This document shows positions 54,164 to 64,000 of a stretch of DNA of 64,000 nucleotides, piece by piece. The translations under genes were made by a program, and so were the position numbers. Origin of the DNA: Thermoplasmata archaeon (lineage in GTDB: Archaea; Thermoplasmatota; Thermoplasmata; Methanomassiliicoccales; Methanomethylophilaceae); NCBI GenBank assembly GCA_015063135.1, contig SUTA01000001.1, positions 42,791-106,790 on the forward strand, given 5' to 3'. The stretch's first letter is position 1; each line of letters opens with the position of its first letter. The notes beneath the pieces are model-generated. The model worked only from the letters and a program-made list of their open reading frames with translations, searched no databases and was not told where the DNA came from.

Positions 54164-57100
54164 ATGGCAGAGAGACCCAACTACTGCTACCTCCTCGGGC
54201 TGAACCCCCTGAAGGAGGATTCCTACAAGCCAGACGACATCAAGAAGAGGATCGACAAGGCCCGCGAGGCATGGGCCAACGAGAGCCGCAACAAGCAGAA
54301 CGACTCCGAGAAGAGGTACAAGTCCGAGAGGCTGGTCGAGGCCACCGCGGACATGGAGAAGGTCTTCTCCGACCCGGTGCTCAAGCATAGGGAGTTCGTG
54401 GACGGCGCGAACCTGCTCAAGGGCAGGTCCATGAAGCTGCTCCTGGACTGCATCGTCCTCACCGACGGCAGGAAGATCCTGATCCCCGGGACCATCGACG
54501 GCTTCATGAAGAAGCTCCACTGGGAGGGCGTCAAGGAGGACGAGGTCATCAAGCTGGCCGGCGTCCTCAAGGAGAAGCCCCCCGAGCCGGCGCCCACCAA
54601 GGTGCAGAACGCCTTCAAGAGCCTCCGCACAGTGGACGCGTACACCACGGTGGAGCTGCTCAACAGGCTCATCGGCATGTCGAACCTGGAGATCGGCGTC
54701 AGCAGGCTCACGGAGGGCAGCTCGCCCTCCCAGGTCAGGTCCGCCTTCGAGGTCTGCGAGAAGAGGGTGAACAACGTCCGCCCCGACATCCTACCGGACC
54801 AGGACTCCTACATCAACTGCCTGAGGACGGTCAAGCTAATCCTGAACGATGACAAGCAGATGGAGCAGCTGGCCGAGCTGGGCAGGTGCCACAGGATGCT
54901 GGAGCCCGCAATCTCCAACATGGAGCTGGAGTTCTCCGGCAGGCAGTTCACCCGCGACTACTTCGACAAGCTGCTCAGGTCCGCCCTGGGGTCCGGAGCG
55001 GACACAAGGCTAGCGCTCCTGATCCTTCAGCAGACCTGCTACAAGAAGAAATGGCCGGCCAACTTCTCCGACACGGAGAGCGAGATGGACAGGTGCCCCC
55101 ACTGCGGGTGCCTGGTTCCCAGCGGCCCCGATACCGCGTTCTGCTCCGCCTGCGGGAAGGAGCTCAGGACGGTGTGCCCGTCGTGCGGGACCACCCAGCC
55201 CGTGAGCTCCGCCGTGTGCGTGAAGTGCGGCTTCAATTTCAAGGAGGGGATGCAGAAGGCCAAGGTCCTCGCCCTGGGGATCAACAGCGACCTCTCCAAG
55301 GGCATGGTCAACAGGGCCGAGAAGAACCTGGCCGAGCTGAAGAGGATATTCCCCGGCCACCCCAACCTGGCCGCCATGACCAGCAACCTGGAGAAGGCCA
55401 AGATCGACATGTCCAGCATGAAGCGCCTCTTCAACGACGCGTACTCGAAGAAGAGGTACAGCGAGGCCGTGATCCTGTGCGATGGGCTGACGGCGAAGTA
55501 CCCCGAGGCCCTGCTGGACGACATGCAGCTCAACCACAAGTACCGCGACGCCAAGTCCAAGTTCGACTCCGCGGAGGTGTACTGCAGGAAGGCGGCCGTG
55601 TCCGAGAGCCTCCCGGAATCCATCGGCCTGTACATCACGGCCGTGGGCATCTGCCCCGACCACCCCGCCGCCAGGGACCGCCTGAGGGAGTACCCTCCGG
55701 CGGAGCCCGAGGACGTCGTGGGGAGGCTCGAGGGCAACATGTTCAAGATGGAGTTCGTCCCGCCCTCGGATTCCAAGGACGTCATGTTCTGCGTCTACAG
55801 GGAGAGGAACTCCCGCCCGGTGGTCGACGAGGAGACCCGCCCCATGGCGGAGATCCCCGGCACCGTCTTCGAGGACAGGAGCCTGGACCCCGGCGTGCCG
55901 TTCTACTATTCAGTGTACTCAAGGAGATGGGGGGTCCTCTCGAGAGAGGGCTGCCACATCGGGCCGGTGGTCCTGCTGGCCGAGGTCGACGGCGTGGTAA
56001 TAGAGCAGATCAACGGCGGACTGAGACTGATGTTCAACAAGCCCCGCGGATGCGCCAGGGTGCGCGCCTGGAGGGACATCGCGTTCAGGCCCGAGGGCTC
56101 TGACGCCAGCAACGTCGTGGAGCTGCCGCTCAACGGCGAGACCGTCTACGACGATATCGGCCTGGAGGGCGGCGTCCAGTACGCCTACCTGTTCGTCGCG
56201 GAGTACGACATGCACGGCGGCACGGAGAGGTCCCTGGGCACCAGGTGCACCGGGACCCCGCTGAAGCTGCCCAAGCCCATCACCAACATCGCCGCCCGCT
56301 GGAACAGCTCCGACGGCACTTTCACCGCCCACTGGACCACCGACGAGAAGGTCGTCCTCTTCTACTCCACGAAGAGGAACGTGCTCCAGGGATCCCTCCA
56401 CAAGATGTCGGACATGACCTCCTGGTTCAAGGAGATCAAGCCGATCATGGAGTACCGCGACGGCATGAAGTTCTCCGTGCAGGACGGCCAGGTCATCTAC
56501 CTGTACCCGTCCATCCCCGTGGGGAACATGTGCGTCGTCGGGCCCGCCTACATGCTGGCCAACCTCAGGCCCTTCAGGGACCTGGAGAAGACGGTCAGCA
56601 ACCGCGACTGCATCATCACCATGGACTGGCCCCAGGAGTGCATCGGCGCGAAGGTCGTGGTCTCCGACGAGGGATTCAAGGAGGGCGACGACAAGACCGC
56701 CGAGATGCTCTACGTCACCAAGGAGCAGTACCAGCAGGACAGGCAGATCCGCATCCCCATGGGCAGGGCCCAGAAGAAGTACCTCACAGTCTACGCCGTG
56801 TACATGGTGGAGAACCAGAGGGCATACTCCAAGGGCATCGCCCTGGAGGTCTACTCCGGGGACTGCAAGAAGGTGGCCTACAGCGTCGAGAACTCCAGGA
56901 GCGCCGCGTCCATCACCTTCCAGACGGACCCCTCCGTGGAATCCCTGCCGCCCATGGTGGCGGTGAGGGCGTCCGAGGGGATACCCCTGAAGAGGAGGGA
57001 CGGGGAGGTCGTCTGGAGCTCCGAAGGTCCGGTGCCCCTCGCCGAGGGGAGGGCCACGATCGGCCTGCCGCCCAAGAGCATGGCCGACAAGGAGCGCGTG

Positions 57101-57178
57101 AGGGTGTTCTTCGAGCAGGACGGCGACTACAACCTCTACAGGTTCGTCCACCCGCTCTACAACAGGAGGGGATCCTGA
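54164..57178 (+). CDS. 1004-aa multidomain protein: J-domain-like N-terminus, double Zn ribbon, helical/TPR-like and FN3-like regions
   Basis: NYCYLLGL...DIKK start; CPHCG/CSACG/CPSCG/CVKCG; FEDRSLDPGVPFYYSVY and YDDIGLEGGVQYAYLF. Confidence 0.6.
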   Translation: MAERPNYCYLLGLNPLKEDSYKPDDIKKRIDKAREAWANESRNKQNDSEKRYKSERLVEATADMEKVFSDPVLKHREFVDGANLLKGRSMKLLLDCIVLTDGRKILIPGTIDGFMKKLHWEGVKEDEVIKLAGVLKEKPPEPAPTKVQNAFKSLRTVDAYTTVELLNRLIGMSNLEIGVSRLTEGSSPSQVRSAFEVCEKRVNNVRPDILPDQDSYINCLRTVKLILNDDKQMEQLAELGRCHRMLEPAISNMELEFSGRQFTRDYFDKLLRSALGSGADTRLALLILQQTCYKKKWPANFSDTESEMDRCPHCGCLVPSGPDTAFCSACGKELRTVCPSCGTTQPVSSAVCVKCGFNFKEGMQKAKVLALGINSDLSKGMVNRAEKNLAELKRIFPGHPNLAAMTSNLEKAKIDMSSMKRLFNDAYSKKRYSEAVILCDGLTAKYPEALLDDMQLNHKYRDAKSKFDSAEVYCRKAAVSESLPESIGLYITAVGICPDHPAARDRLREYPPAEPEDVVGRLEGNMFKMEFVPPSDSKDVMFCVYRERNSRPVVDEETRPMAEIPGTVFEDRSLDPGVPFYYSVYSRRWGVLSREGCHIGPVVLLAEVDGVVIEQINGGLRLMFNKPRGCARVRAWRDIAFRPEGSDASNVVELPLNGETVYDDIGLEGGVQYAYLFVAEYDMHGGTERSLGTRCTGTPLKLPKPITNIAARWNSSDGTFTAHWTTDEKVVLFYSTKRNVLQGSLHKMSDMTSWFKEIKPIMEYRDGMKFSVQDGQVIYLYPSIPVGNMCVVGPAYMLANLRPFRDLEKTVSNRDCIITMDWPQECIGAKVVVSDEGFKEGDDKTAEMLYVTKEQYQQDRQIRIPMGRAQKKYLTVYAVYMVENQRAYSKGIALEVYSGDCKKVAYSVENSRSAASITFQTDPSVESLPPMVAVRASEGIPLKRRDGEVVWSSEGPVPLAEGRATIGLPPKSMADKERVRVFFEQDGDYNLYRFVHPLYNRRGS

Positions 57179-58434
57179 TGGCAAGGGACAAGAAGAAGGA
57201 CAAGAAGGGCATGGACTACGTCTGCCCGTACTGCTTCCACAATATCAACCTGGACAACGTCCACAGGGTGTGCACCAACAAGGCGTGCGCCAGGATGTTC
57301 GCCGAGAAGGCCGCCCAGAGCACCGACAAGAAGGTCAGCATGCTCGCCACCAGCGACGGCTCGGCGGAGATCGACCTGGAGAAGACCATCCAGAACGGCA
57401 GGGACCCCATGCTCAGCCCCGTCACCACGGAGTTCCACATCGTCAGGAGCAACAGCGACTGCTGCGACATCTGCGGCAGGAGGGTCTACGCCAGGGTGTG
57501 CCCGGTGTGCCACAACAGCATCCCTCAGGGCGCGGAGGAGGACGGGAACAGCATCTTCGTCATCCTGGGGCCCAAGGGGGTGGGCAAGAGCCACTACATC
57601 GCGGTGCTGATCAACCAGCTGAAGGAGATCGTGGCGCCGGAGTTCAACGCCGTGCTCAGCCCGGCCAATGACGGCACCACCCTGAAGTACCGCGACATGT
57701 ACTTCCGCAGGCTGTTCGAAGAGAAGAGGAAGCTGCTGCCCACCAAGTCCTTCGAGGAATCGGACGAGGCGAGGGAGCCCCTGATCTACTACCTCCGCGT
57801 GTTCAGCGGGGACAGGCCCCAGGTGTTCACGTTCGCTTTCTTCGACACCGCCGGCGAGGACCTCGTGTCCGCCACGGCCATCGAGATGCTGAACGTGGAC
57901 AGCTTCATCTCCAAGGCCGCCGGGATCGTGTACCTGGTGGACCCGCTGCAGATCCGCGGCATCAACCAGAGGATCAACATGCAGAACAAGCCCGCGATCG
58001 GACCCGATGTCACCGACACGCTGAACAACATCAGCATGGCCATCAGGAAGAACCGCAACATCAAATCCAAGGCGAAGATCGACACCCCGCTTGCCGTGTG
58101 CCTGACCAAGTGCGACGTCCTCATGAAGTCCCCGGAGAACGAGGAGGAGGACAAGGTGCTGTTCGGGCCCGCCACCTCGCTCCTGATCCCGAGGGAGAGG
58201 GGCAGGTGCGACATGGAGAACGTGGACCAGATCGACGCCGAGCTCAGGGAGTACGCCAGGCGCAACATCGGCGAGGGCTTCCTGCAGATGGTCGACAGCT
58301 TCGAGGAGAGCAGGATGTTCGCAGTATCGGCGCTGGGATGCAACCCCACGTCGAACTCGCTCCCCAGGGCGGTATCGCCGTTCAGGGTGGAGGACCCCTT
58401 CATCTGGCTTCTCCACAAGGAGGGACTCAGATGA
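57178..58434 (+). CDS. Zn-finger plus TRAFAC-clade GTPase
   Basis: CPYCF, CDICG..CPVCH; G1 GPKGVGKS, G3 DTAGE, G4 TKCD. TGATG coupling to the upstream gene. Confidence 0.75.
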   Translation: MARDKKKDKKGMDYVCPYCFHNINLDNVHRVCTNKACARMFAEKAAQSTDKKVSMLATSDGSAEIDLEKTIQNGRDPMLSPVTTEFHIVRSNSDCCDICGRRVYARVCPVCHNSIPQGAEEDGNSIFVILGPKGVGKSHYIAVLINQLKEIVAPEFNAVLSPANDGTTLKYRDMYFRRLFEEKRKLLPTKSFEESDEAREPLIYYLRVFSGDRPQVFTFAFFDTAGEDLVSATAIEMLNVDSFISKAAGIVYLVDPLQIRGINQRINMQNKPAIGPDVTDTLNNISMAIRKNRNIKSKAKIDTPLAVCLTKCDVLMKSPENEEEDKVLFGPATSLLIPRERGRCDMENVDQIDAELREYARRNIGEGFLQMVDSFEESRMFAVSALGCNPTSNSLPRAVSPFRVEDPFIWLLHKEGLR

Positions 58435-59180
58435 ACGAGAAGAAGATCAAATCATTCCTGATCAACGGCTTCGCCGCCCCCGCCGAGGAGGAGGTGGCCG
58501 AGGCCCCCGAAGAGGCCGAGGAGACCCCGGAAACCGGGGAGGAGGCCTTCGAGGAGACGGAGGAGGAGCCGATACAGGACGACCGGCTGGACCAGAGGCT
58601 AGAGTCCATAGAGGACGAGCTCCTAAAGATGAGGTACATACTTGAGGACCTGAGGGACCGCGAGCCGGCGCCCCAGCCCGACATGTCTCCGTACCTCACC
58701 ACGAAGGAGCAGATGAAGGCCGTGCAGGCATCCGTGGAGAGGAAGGAGGTCGAGGTGTCCAACAAGGCCCTCGTCGCCGCCATGGAGCAGATAGCAGTCA
58801 TGAGGGAGGACTTCTTCAGGCTCTGCCAGAGCATGAAGGACCGCATCGGGGAGATGACGCCCCAGGACGTCCTGTCCTCCTTCGAGGCATATGAGGTGGA
58901 TATGGAGAACATCCTCAGGGACGGAGGGGTCTACATCGGGCCCTTCGAATACGAGAGGCTGAACACCATCCACCAGCGCATCGTCGGGGTCATCGAGACC
59001 GACGACCGCGAGAAGGACGGCACGATCGCCGAGAGGCACACGGAGGGCTACAAGCTCGGGAACCGCGTGATCCTCAAGGAGAAAGTATCCGTCTTCAAGT
59101 ACGCGGCACCTGCCGCCGAAACCCCTTCGGAAACCGATTCCGAAACCGCTTCAGAAGATTCCGTGGAGGAACAAGAATGA
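58431..59180 (+). CDS. GrpE-like nucleotide exchange factor
   Basis: Acidic N-terminus, coiled coil, C-terminal GTIAE...GYKLGNRVILKEKVSV. ATGA overlaps on both sides. Confidence 0.65.
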   Translation: MNEKKIKSFLINGFAAPAEEEVAEAPEEAEETPETGEEAFEETEEEPIQDDRLDQRLESIEDELLKMRYILEDLRDREPAPQPDMSPYLTTKEQMKAVQASVERKEVEVSNKALVAAMEQIAVMREDFFRLCQSMKDRIGEMTPQDVLSSFEAYEVDMENILRDGGVYIGPFEYERLNTIHQRIVGVIETDDREKDGTIAERHTEGYKLGNRVILKEKVSVFKYAAPAAETPSETDSETASEDSVEEQE

Positions 59181-60757
59181 CAGAGTATTGCATCGGCATT
59201 GACCTGGGCACGACCTACTCGTGCCTGGCGTATATCGACGAGGATGGGAACCCGGTGGTCGAGAAGAACTTCGAGCAAGAAGACACGACCCCCTCGGTCA
59301 TCCTGTTCAACGAGAGCGGCGAGATCATCGTCGGATCCCCGGCCAAGGACATGGCCATGATGTATCCCCCCGAGAGGGTCATCACCGCCATCAAGAGGCA
59401 GATGGGGACCGACTACGAGGTGGACATCGACGGGGACAGCTACAACCCCATCATGCTCTCAGCGGTCATCCTCAGGAAGATGATCAACGACTTCAACGAC
59501 AACCACGGCTGCGACGTCAAGAAAGCGGTCATCACCTGCCCGGCCTACTTCGGCCAGAACGAGAGGGACGCCACCAAGACCGCCGGAACCATCGCCGGAC
59601 TCGAGGACGTCACCGTCATCAACGAGCCCACCGCCGCCGCGATCTCCTTCGGATTCGGAGCCGCCCCCGGCGACAAGAAGAGGGTCCTGGTCTACGACCT
59701 CGGAGGCGGAACCTTCGATGTGACCGTCCTCGAGATCGACGGCACCGCGTTCACCGCCGTCGCCACCGACGGAGAGAGGCTCCTGGGAGGAAAGGACTGG
59801 GACGCCAAGATCTCCGAGCTCATCGTCGAGAAGGTCTCCGAGGAGTCCGGGGACGACCCCGAGACCATCATGGAGGACGAGGACGTCAGGCAGAGCCTGG
59901 TCAACGACTCCGAGACCATCAAGAAGAGGCTCTCCACCGCGGAGTCCACCAAGGGCACCCTCACGTACAACGGCAAGAAGTACGTATTCACCATCACCAG
60001 GGAGGAGTTCGAGGCCGCTTCCGCCAGCCTTATCCAGACCACCATCGAGATCATCGACCGCGTGCTGGCCTCCAAGGGATTCACCATGTCCGACATCGAC
60101 GACGTCGTCCTCGTCGGAGGATCCTCCAGGATGCCCCAGGTCAAGAACGCCATCAGCGCCAAGTACCCCGACGCCCCGATCAAGGTCTTCGACCCCGACC
60201 AGTCCGTCGCCAAGGGCGCCGCGATCTTCTCCAGGAGCAACTCCATCGCGCCCGAGGACCTGCCCGTGGACGAGGCCACCGGCGAACCCGTTGCCGCCGC
60301 CGCTGCCGGCGTCCTGAGCGTGCACAACGTCCTGAGCAAGACCTTCGGCATCAAGGCCATCTACGACGACGGCACCGAGATGATCTCCAACATCATCTTC
60401 AGGAACGAGGTCCTGCCCATCGAGGCCGTGAAGACCTACTACCCCGTCGACGACGGCCAGACCACCATCAAGGTCGAGATCTACGAGGACACCGCGGCCA
60501 ACGACGACAGCGGGAAGAAGACCGCCGTCATCGACGGCGCCCCCGTGGGCGAGTTCATGATGGAGCTCCCCATGGACGTGACCACCAGCACCCCCATCAC
60601 CGTGAAGTTCACCGCCACGGACGAGGGCATCCTGATCGCCACCGTGGACTGCATGGACATGCACGCGGACTACCAGATCGAGAACGACCTGAAGATGTCC
60701 GAGGAAGCCATCGCCAAGTCCCAGGGCCTGATGGAGAAGGTCACCAACTCCAACTGA
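59177..60757 (+). CDS. Second, short Hsp70-family protein (526 aa, no lid domain)
   Basis: GIDLGTTYS, TCPAYFG, INEPTAAA, DLGGGTFD, LVGGSSRMP. Confidence 0.85.
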   Translation: MTEYCIGIDLGTTYSCLAYIDEDGNPVVEKNFEQEDTTPSVILFNESGEIIVGSPAKDMAMMYPPERVITAIKRQMGTDYEVDIDGDSYNPIMLSAVILRKMINDFNDNHGCDVKKAVITCPAYFGQNERDATKTAGTIAGLEDVTVINEPTAAAISFGFGAAPGDKKRVLVYDLGGGTFDVTVLEIDGTAFTAVATDGERLLGGKDWDAKISELIVEKVSEESGDDPETIMEDEDVRQSLVNDSETIKKRLSTAESTKGTLTYNGKKYVFTITREEFEAASASLIQTTIEIIDRVLASKGFTMSDIDDVVLVGGSSRMPQVKNAISAKYPDAPIKVFDPDQSVAKGAAIFSRSNSIAPEDLPVDEATGEPVAAAAAGVLSVHNVLSKTFGIKAIYDDGTEMISNIIFRNEVLPIEAVKTYYPVDDGQTTIKVEIYEDTAANDDSGKKTAVIDGAPVGEFMMELPMDVTTSTPITVKFTATDEGILIATVDCMDMHADYQIENDLKMSEEAIAKSQGLMEKVTNSN

Positions 60758-61069
60758 TCCCAAACCGGGGGCCAAGGCCCCCTCCTTACCGCCGGGCACG
60801 GCCCGGCGGGACCTTTATCGAGAAACCTCGAATGCAAAACCCTCTTCTTCCGATGATCGCATCGACGATGCAGAGCATCGTGAATCCGTGTACCCTGCCC
60901 ATCACTTCGTCTGTGATGCCATCATATCCGGAGATCCGTATCCGGTAACAGGTGAGATTTTTCCACTGCGATGATATACCCGTTGCCATCATCGAATGAT
61001 CGAGCAGCATGTAGGATCAAGAGACCGTGAATGCAACGGTCGGGAGCCGAGAATGGAAGGACGGCTCGA

Positions 61070-61465
61070 TTACTCGTCCCTTGCAGATACAAGGATCACA
61101 TCGATGCTGGAATCAATGACCGCCTTGGAGACGCTGCCCAGGAGCAGCTTCCCCATGACGGACTTGTCGGACCTGCCGACGACGATGGTGTCGCACTTGA
61201 ACCTCTCGGCGACATCGACGACGATGTTCTCAGGGCTCCCGGTCTCGATGATGGAATGCGCCTGGACGCCCTCCGCGCTCGCCTTGGCCGTGGCCGCCTC
61301 CATCATCTCCCTCACCGCGGGGTCGGGGTTCTCGGGATCCATCTGGTCCTCCCTGACGACCGTGAGGATGTAAAGGGGCTCGGAGTAATGGATAGCGTGC
61401 TGGATAGCCTTGTCGAGGGCAGCCTCGGAATTCCGCCTGCCGTCGTAGGCAATGAGCGTGGTCAT
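61070..61465 (-). CDS. Universal stress protein
   Basis: IAYDG..S..AL, G.P...IV, IVVG, LLGSVS. Confidence 0.85.
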   Translation of the reverse strand: MTTLIAYDGRRNSEAALDKAIQHAIHYSEPLYILTVVREDQMDPENPDPAVREMMEAATAKASAEGVQAHSIIETGSPENIVVDVAERFKCDTIVVGRSDKSVMGKLLLGSVSKAVIDSSIDVILVSARDE

Positions 61466-61544
61466 ATTGCATCACGGATGGAAGTCCAATAATAAAAAGG
61501 GGATGGGACCCGAAGGCCCCTAAGAAGTTTAACCAGGAACCGGC

Positions 61545-62942
61545 TCAGAGGCCGTAGTTCTTGGGGTTGTAGTTGGGGACGGTGTCCTTGTACTCCTTGG
61601 CGCAGAACTCGGTGATCTTGTCCGTGTCGTCGGTGAGGCCGTCGAGCGTCTTGATGATGCTCTTCAGGGTGTCCAGCTGCTTGTTGGTCAGCGGGAGCTC
61701 CTTGGACTCGTATCCCTTGAGGATGATCTCGGCACCCTTCTGTCCAGCCCTCTTGGCGCGGAGGTACAGGTCGTTTCCGACCTCGGCGATGGCCTGTCCG
61801 ACCATGTAGGCGTGGTCGTAGGCGAGGACATATCCCTCGGGGCCCCTGGTCCTGTCGGTGTACATGTACATGTCACGCAGGGTCTTGGCCTGTCCGAGCT
61901 GGGTGGCGGTGTTCATCAGGGCGGCCTCGTAGGCGATGGATCCGAACCAGCACTGGACGGAGGTTCCACCGAACTCGGGGTGGTACTCGACGGACTCGTT
62001 GGACCAGAGGTCGCAAGCCTGTGCAATCAGGTTACCCTGGAGGTCGCAGTGGGCGCACTGGCAGTTCTTTCCCTCCTGGGCGCAGGGCTTTCCGGCGATG
62101 GACTTGCAGATGATTCCCTCGTATCCGCAGTCCTTGTCGGGTCCGATTGCACCGGACTCCCATGCAGCCAGGGTCCTGGCGGACGCAATGCACCTGGTGA
62201 CGGCGCTGAAGGTCCTCTGGACATCGTTGTCGAGGTATCCGCCGGCCATGAACATGGAGACGTTCGCTCCGGAGCAGTTGGTGTCTCCTCCAGCGACGCA
62301 CTTGTTCTTCTTGGCGATGTCGGCGAACTGCTGCCAGACGTAGGTCATGTCCAGGGATCCGAGGTAACCGACTCCGAACAGGAAGGCGGTGATGTCTCCG
62401 TTGGTGACGGCGTAGTCGGCGAACTCCTTTCCTCCGACGGTCTCGCAAGAGAGGTTGTCCGCTCCGTTCTCGCAGGCGATCTCGGCGCACTCGAACAGCT
62501 TCTCGGGGTAGCTCCTGCCGCCCATTCCGGGCCTGAGTCCCTCATCGGCCTCACGCTGGTCGGGGATGGTCTGCCTCACGGCGCAGTTGACACCGTACTC
62601 CTCGTGGTATTTCTCGCAGATGGCCTTCTGGCCGGCGACGACGGGAGCGGAGAGCTTCTCCTGGTTCATCTGGGAGACCCACTCGGTCTCCAGCTGGACA
62701 TTGGGGAAACCGGCGGTGACCGCCCTGTTCAGGATGTCCTTGGAGATGTAGTCGACATACTCCCTCCTCAGCTTCTCGGGGTCCTTCTCGGCACCCGGGC
62801 GAGGAGCGTAGTTGATCTCGGGGATGACAACCCCTGCACCGATCTTGATTCCGAATCCGTAGGATACGGGGTGTTTCGCCTGTCCGAAGACGAGGTCGTC
62901 AGCGGAGTCATAGGCCATCTTTGTGTATCTTGTAACTGCCAT
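61545..62942 (-). CDS. mtaB: Methanol:corrinoid methyltransferase
   Basis: YTKMAYDSADDLVFG, PEINYAPRPG, GDTNC, GPDKDCGYE, DLWSNESV; adjacent to the corrinoid protein. Confidence 0.9.
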   Translation of the reverse strand: MAVTRYTKMAYDSADDLVFGQAKHPVSYGFGIKIGAGVVIPEINYAPRPGAEKDPEKLRREYVDYISKDILNRAVTAGFPNVQLETEWVSQMNQEKLSAPVVAGQKAICEKYHEEYGVNCAVRQTIPDQREADEGLRPGMGGRSYPEKLFECAEIACENGADNLSCETVGGKEFADYAVTNGDITAFLFGVGYLGSLDMTYVWQQFADIAKKNKCVAGGDTNCSGANVSMFMAGGYLDNDVQRTFSAVTRCIASARTLAAWESGAIGPDKDCGYEGIICKSIAGKPCAQEGKNCQCAHCDLQGNLIAQACDLWSNESVEYHPEFGGTSVQCWFGSIAYEAALMNTATQLGQAKTLRDMYMYTDRTRGPEGYVLAYDHAYMVGQAIAEVGNDLYLRAKRAGQKGAEIILKGYESKELPLTNKQLDTLKSIIKTLDGLTDDTDKITEFCAKEYKDTVPNYNPKNYGL

Positions 62943-62947
62943 TCTAA

Positions 62948-63727
62948 TCACTCTCCGACAATGCTGTCCCACTCATCCCTGATCTTCTTCCAGTCGTATC
63001 CGTCCAGGATCTTCTGGGCGATGACCGGGGTCTGGGGCGCCTTCTCGGAGTAGATTCCGAGATCGTAGCTGTTCGCGTAGTCCCTGTTGACGGCACCTCC
63101 ACAACCCATGAGTGGGATGTTGAGTCCGGCGTCCTGGAATCCCTTCGCAATAGCGGGGAATGCGGTCATGGTGGTGGTCATGAGCGCGGTTCCGGAAGTG
63201 AACAGAGGTTTCACTTTGACAGTCTCTGCGATGACGTCCTTGATGGGAACATCTCTTCCCATGTCGATGACTTCGTATCCGGAGGACCTCATCATGACGG
63301 CGGCGATGTTCTTGCCGATGTCGTGGGGGTCTCCCTCTGCGGCGTGCATGATGACGGTTCCCTTCAGCTCCCTTCCGCCGGGCACCTGCTTCTCTGCCAG
63401 GGCGATTCCGATCTCCATCGTCTTGGCGGCCATCATGATGTCGGGCAGGAAGTAGACGTGCTCTGCGTACAGCTTGGCGACGATCTCCATTCCGGCGACG
63501 AGTCCCTCGTTGATGACTGCGAGGGGGTCCCTCTCTTTCAGAGCCTCGGCCACGGTGGGACCGACGGTCTTGATCTGCTTGTTCATGACTTCGAGCGCGA
63601 CCTTGTTGAAGACAGGGTCCTTCGGAAGCATTTTGGCTGCCATCTGCTCGGGGGTCGCGGCGACCTCCAGCTCGACGTCATAACGCTTCAGAATTTTTGA
63701 GTAGTCAACTCCAGATGCGTCTAGCAT
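62948..63727 (-). CDS. mtaC: Methanol corrinoid protein
   Basis: EGDPHDIGKNI B12-binding motif, GTALMTTT, CGGA. GGAGG RBS upstream. Confidence 0.88.
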   Translation of the reverse strand: MLDASGVDYSKILKRYDVELEVAATPEQMAAKMLPKDPVFNKVALEVMNKQIKTVGPTVAEALKERDPLAVINEGLVAGMEIVAKLYAEHVYFLPDIMMAAKTMEIGIALAEKQVPGGRELKGTVIMHAAEGDPHDIGKNIAAVMMRSSGYEVIDMGRDVPIKDVIAETVKVKPLFTSGTALMTTTMTAFPAIAKGFQDAGLNIPLMGCGGAVNRDYANSYDLGIYSEKAPQTPVIAQKILDGYDWKKIRDEWDSIVGE

Positions 63728-64000
63728 TTTAATTCCTCCAGGTTCCTGAGAACCCTAATCGAATATTAGTTGAAACCCTATTTAACCGACTCCGAGGATG
63801 GATGGATGGTCGATATCCAACCTATCGAAAAGATGCATAACATGTCATTATTTCGTTCAAATCTGTTTAGTTTTGACCTAAAATGGTGATAAATCAATGA
63901 AAGTTGCAAGAAAAGCATGCATCCAACAATTACCATAAAAATTGTTGATATGTCAATATAAAACTCCTGTGTGCATTAATGCACTCGCGGTTATTAATAG

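Noticed and set aside
598-62490. Numerous long antisense or alternate-frame ORFs (e.g. 9236-11230, 675-2381, 59221-60948)
   Set aside because: These are shadow ORFs caused by high GC3; they are Arg/Gly/Pro-rich and lack recognisable motifs.
1-64000. CRISPR array, rRNA, tRNA, IS transposase or in-frame pyrrolysine TAG codons
   Set aside because: None recognised. The only long repeats are coding, and no called gene needed TAG read-through.

Overview
GC-rich archaeal chromosome segment, most likely from a Methanomassiliicoccales methylotrophic methanogen (mtaBC, archaeal gltX/metG/glyA, Nre, ThiDN). It holds about 54 CDS: the 3' end of an NRPS with a partner-switching module and PPTase, class II RNR, arg biosynthesis genes, a repeat-rich surface protein, an Hsp70/vWA/GTPase/GrpE operon and mtaBC. 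Main discovery: the arginine codon CGA behaves as a stop codon. By my manual reading, 26 of 54 genes have an in-frame CGA where the protein should end. These CGAs also form CGATG stop/start overlaps and abutting convergent CGA/TCG pairs. I saw no internal CGA in the genes I read codon by codon. Of the other genes, 25 end in TGA, 3 in TAA and none in TAG. Many 'fusions' and C-terminal tails in the supplied ORF track are read-through of these CGA codons, so CDS coordinates below end at the CGA where it applies. All family assignments come from motif recognition, not database searches.
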